Of a stretch of 64,000 nt of DNA, positions 62,283-64,000 are shown piece by piece. Position 1 is the stretch's first letter. Each line of letters opens with the position of its first letter. The stretch spans positions 10,585,346-10,649,345 of the forward strand of contig JASCQW010000119.1 of NCBI GenBank assembly GCA_030264375.1, in the 5' to 3' direction. A program made the translations under genes and the position numbers. Source of the stretch: Carcharhinus longimanus (lineage: Eukaryota). Below the pieces are notes generated by a model. That model ran no database searches. It saw nothing but the letters and a program-made list of their open reading frames with translations, and was not told the DNA's origin.

Positions 62283-64000
62283 GTGGGTAATACATTTAGT
62301 GTATATTTAAAATATTGATTATAAAACTATAATAAGAAAACGCTAAATAAATGCATTTAAGAATTAAATAATAGCAAGAGGCGTTGAAGAAAATTAAACC
62401 CTGTACTCCAGTGAAAAAAATAATCGTCGAAATTGGCCCAGACAAGGCATGGTAGTCATCGTTGTTCTTCCTATCGAAGGAAGGATGCAATTTCATTAGA
62501 AAAGAAAATGCAAGTTATGAGCAGATTTTTCGAAGAAGAACTGGACTTTTTATTCTTCAGCAAGCAGAAACATGAGCCAGAATTTAACTGAAACAGATGC
62601 AGGAGTAAACGTGAAACGTTCGTGATTGGGCTGATGAATGATTAGTAAAACAATTGGCAGACAAAACTCAACTTCAAAAATAGAGAATGCAAACTTCTAC
62701 CTTTCACATTTCATGGCATTACCATCGTCAAAATAAAAAAAAGTCCACATTTCTTCTTTGGATGTGGCAGTCTCTGATTGGGTGAATAACTTCAATTTAT
62801 CTTGAAGTGAGAATATTTTATCAGTCAACTACTCTGCTGCGGAGCGGTAGTCATAGACCTTTCTGATTTATATGGAGGTCAAAACAGGTAAGGGAGGCAT
62901 ATTTCGTTCCCCAATAGGCGTTAGTGAATGCAAGTCTTATGGACGAGAATCAACCAAGATTTCTTCGTCAAATTCCAGATTTATTTTACGCTCAAATGTC
63001 AAGCATCCCTATTGTTCTGTAGGCCAGCGATGATATCACTATGCCACCAAATTCAGTTACAATCAATTAGAAATGTAACTACACCCGGGTCTTCACCAAC
63101 AGCAAGAAATTTGGTGTGATCTAGCACAACACAATAAAATCACTATGCATCAGAACCTTGGCTTCAAATCAGTCGTAATTAAACTTTCAGCCAGATCCAT
63201 CACATTTTGTTCTTCCAAATCAAAGGTGCGCTGAGCAAATTTCTAACAATTCTTGTGGCTGTCACTCGGTTCATCACCCATGCTCTTTGTTGACAATTTT
63301 ACAATTGCAAAATGCCCCACCAAAACTTACAAATCTTATTTTACCTTATCTGCCAGCAATCAAATTGTACCGAGCAGGAAGGCCAATGTAGCTAGCAGAT
63401 TGGTCAACTAAACGCGTGATTTTTAGAAGAGAAGCCAAAAGCACTCCTGATTTATATGCACCGCGCCTCCCTTTAATTCACCTGTCCAGAAACCTGGCAC
63501 GTCTTTCAGAAGTTATTGTAAATTCACAGTCCTGAAGTTAATAGAGAAATTGGCTGCCTACGCACTGTCAAGGACACTGATGAATTTCGCCAAATAAAAT
63601 ATTGTGTCTGTTGAATCCAGAGCATATTCCGCAAAATCTTCAGATATATCGGCCAATACAAACTGAAATGAAGAGACATGTTTTTACTGAGATAATGCCG
63701 AAGCATAGATCGATTGTTGAGTTCCGAAATTTATCAGCCGTCATCACCTCCTGGTGTGTTGGGTTGAATATGAAATAATGGGCATGATACAGAAGCTGAT
63801 TTGATGGAATTCTGTGGAATAGTGCCCGAAGTACGATATTGAATAGAATAGCAAGGAATTCACGATTCCCAGATGGTCTTCTCATCATCCTGACACCTTC
63901 GATTTCTATTTTTTTCGATGTGGTCAAGGTTGGAGGGGGGAGGGGAGTCGATCTCTTGGTGGATCTTAGCGGTTGTTTAAACCACGGGGGTAGTCGTTGT

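Noticed and set aside
63640-63927. 95-aa minus-strand ORF at the window end
   Set aside because: No recognisable motif or supporting splice structure in any frame.
1-64000. CRISPR arrays, rRNA, prokaryotic operons, Ig/TCR V segments, B30.2 exon
   Set aside because: None seen; the sequence is vertebrate intronic/intergenic DNA and no Ig cysteine/tryptophan framework or PRY-SPRY motifs were recognised.

Overview
AT-rich, repeat-dense vertebrate genomic DNA with six assembly gaps. The tRNA-head/CR1-tail SINEs and CR1 LINEs suggest a cartilaginous fish; this is inferred from repeat content only. The ORF track contains no credible intact gene. Reading for splice signals instead reveals a plus-strand array of about 15 symmetric phase-1 micro-exons from 1.9 to 62.3 kb. 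They alternate a 27-nt class (e.g. EKRLKDKVK, EKEIKDKTK, DKQLRARSI) with a 36/42-nt class (e.g. EIESLKKELQDL, EIATLKKRLQDA, ELDSISEELSKK). One of each gives 63 nt = 21 aa = three heptads, and the spliced product reads as a continuous coiled coil. Two stop-containing last-exon candidates lie inside the array: 8293-8399 (GQYEEL) and 52427-52542 (ITIM-consensus IEYAEL and LHYEFL, followed by AATAAA). I found no signal-peptide, Ig or transmembrane exon, so the gene cannot be named; the architecture resembles the heptad-exon tails of butyrophilin and chicken BG receptors. An intragenic tandem duplication (about 17958-33207 vs 33213-52404, roughly 90% identical by eye) extended the array, and its junction is a perfect 26-bp palindrome. 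Other content: CR1 and SINE copies, a Penelope-type inverted repeat with a hammerhead-like core, decayed hAT-, Crypton- and Harbinger-like fragments, and a tentative HSP70-like fossil. All alignments were done by eye; repeat boundaries are approximate.
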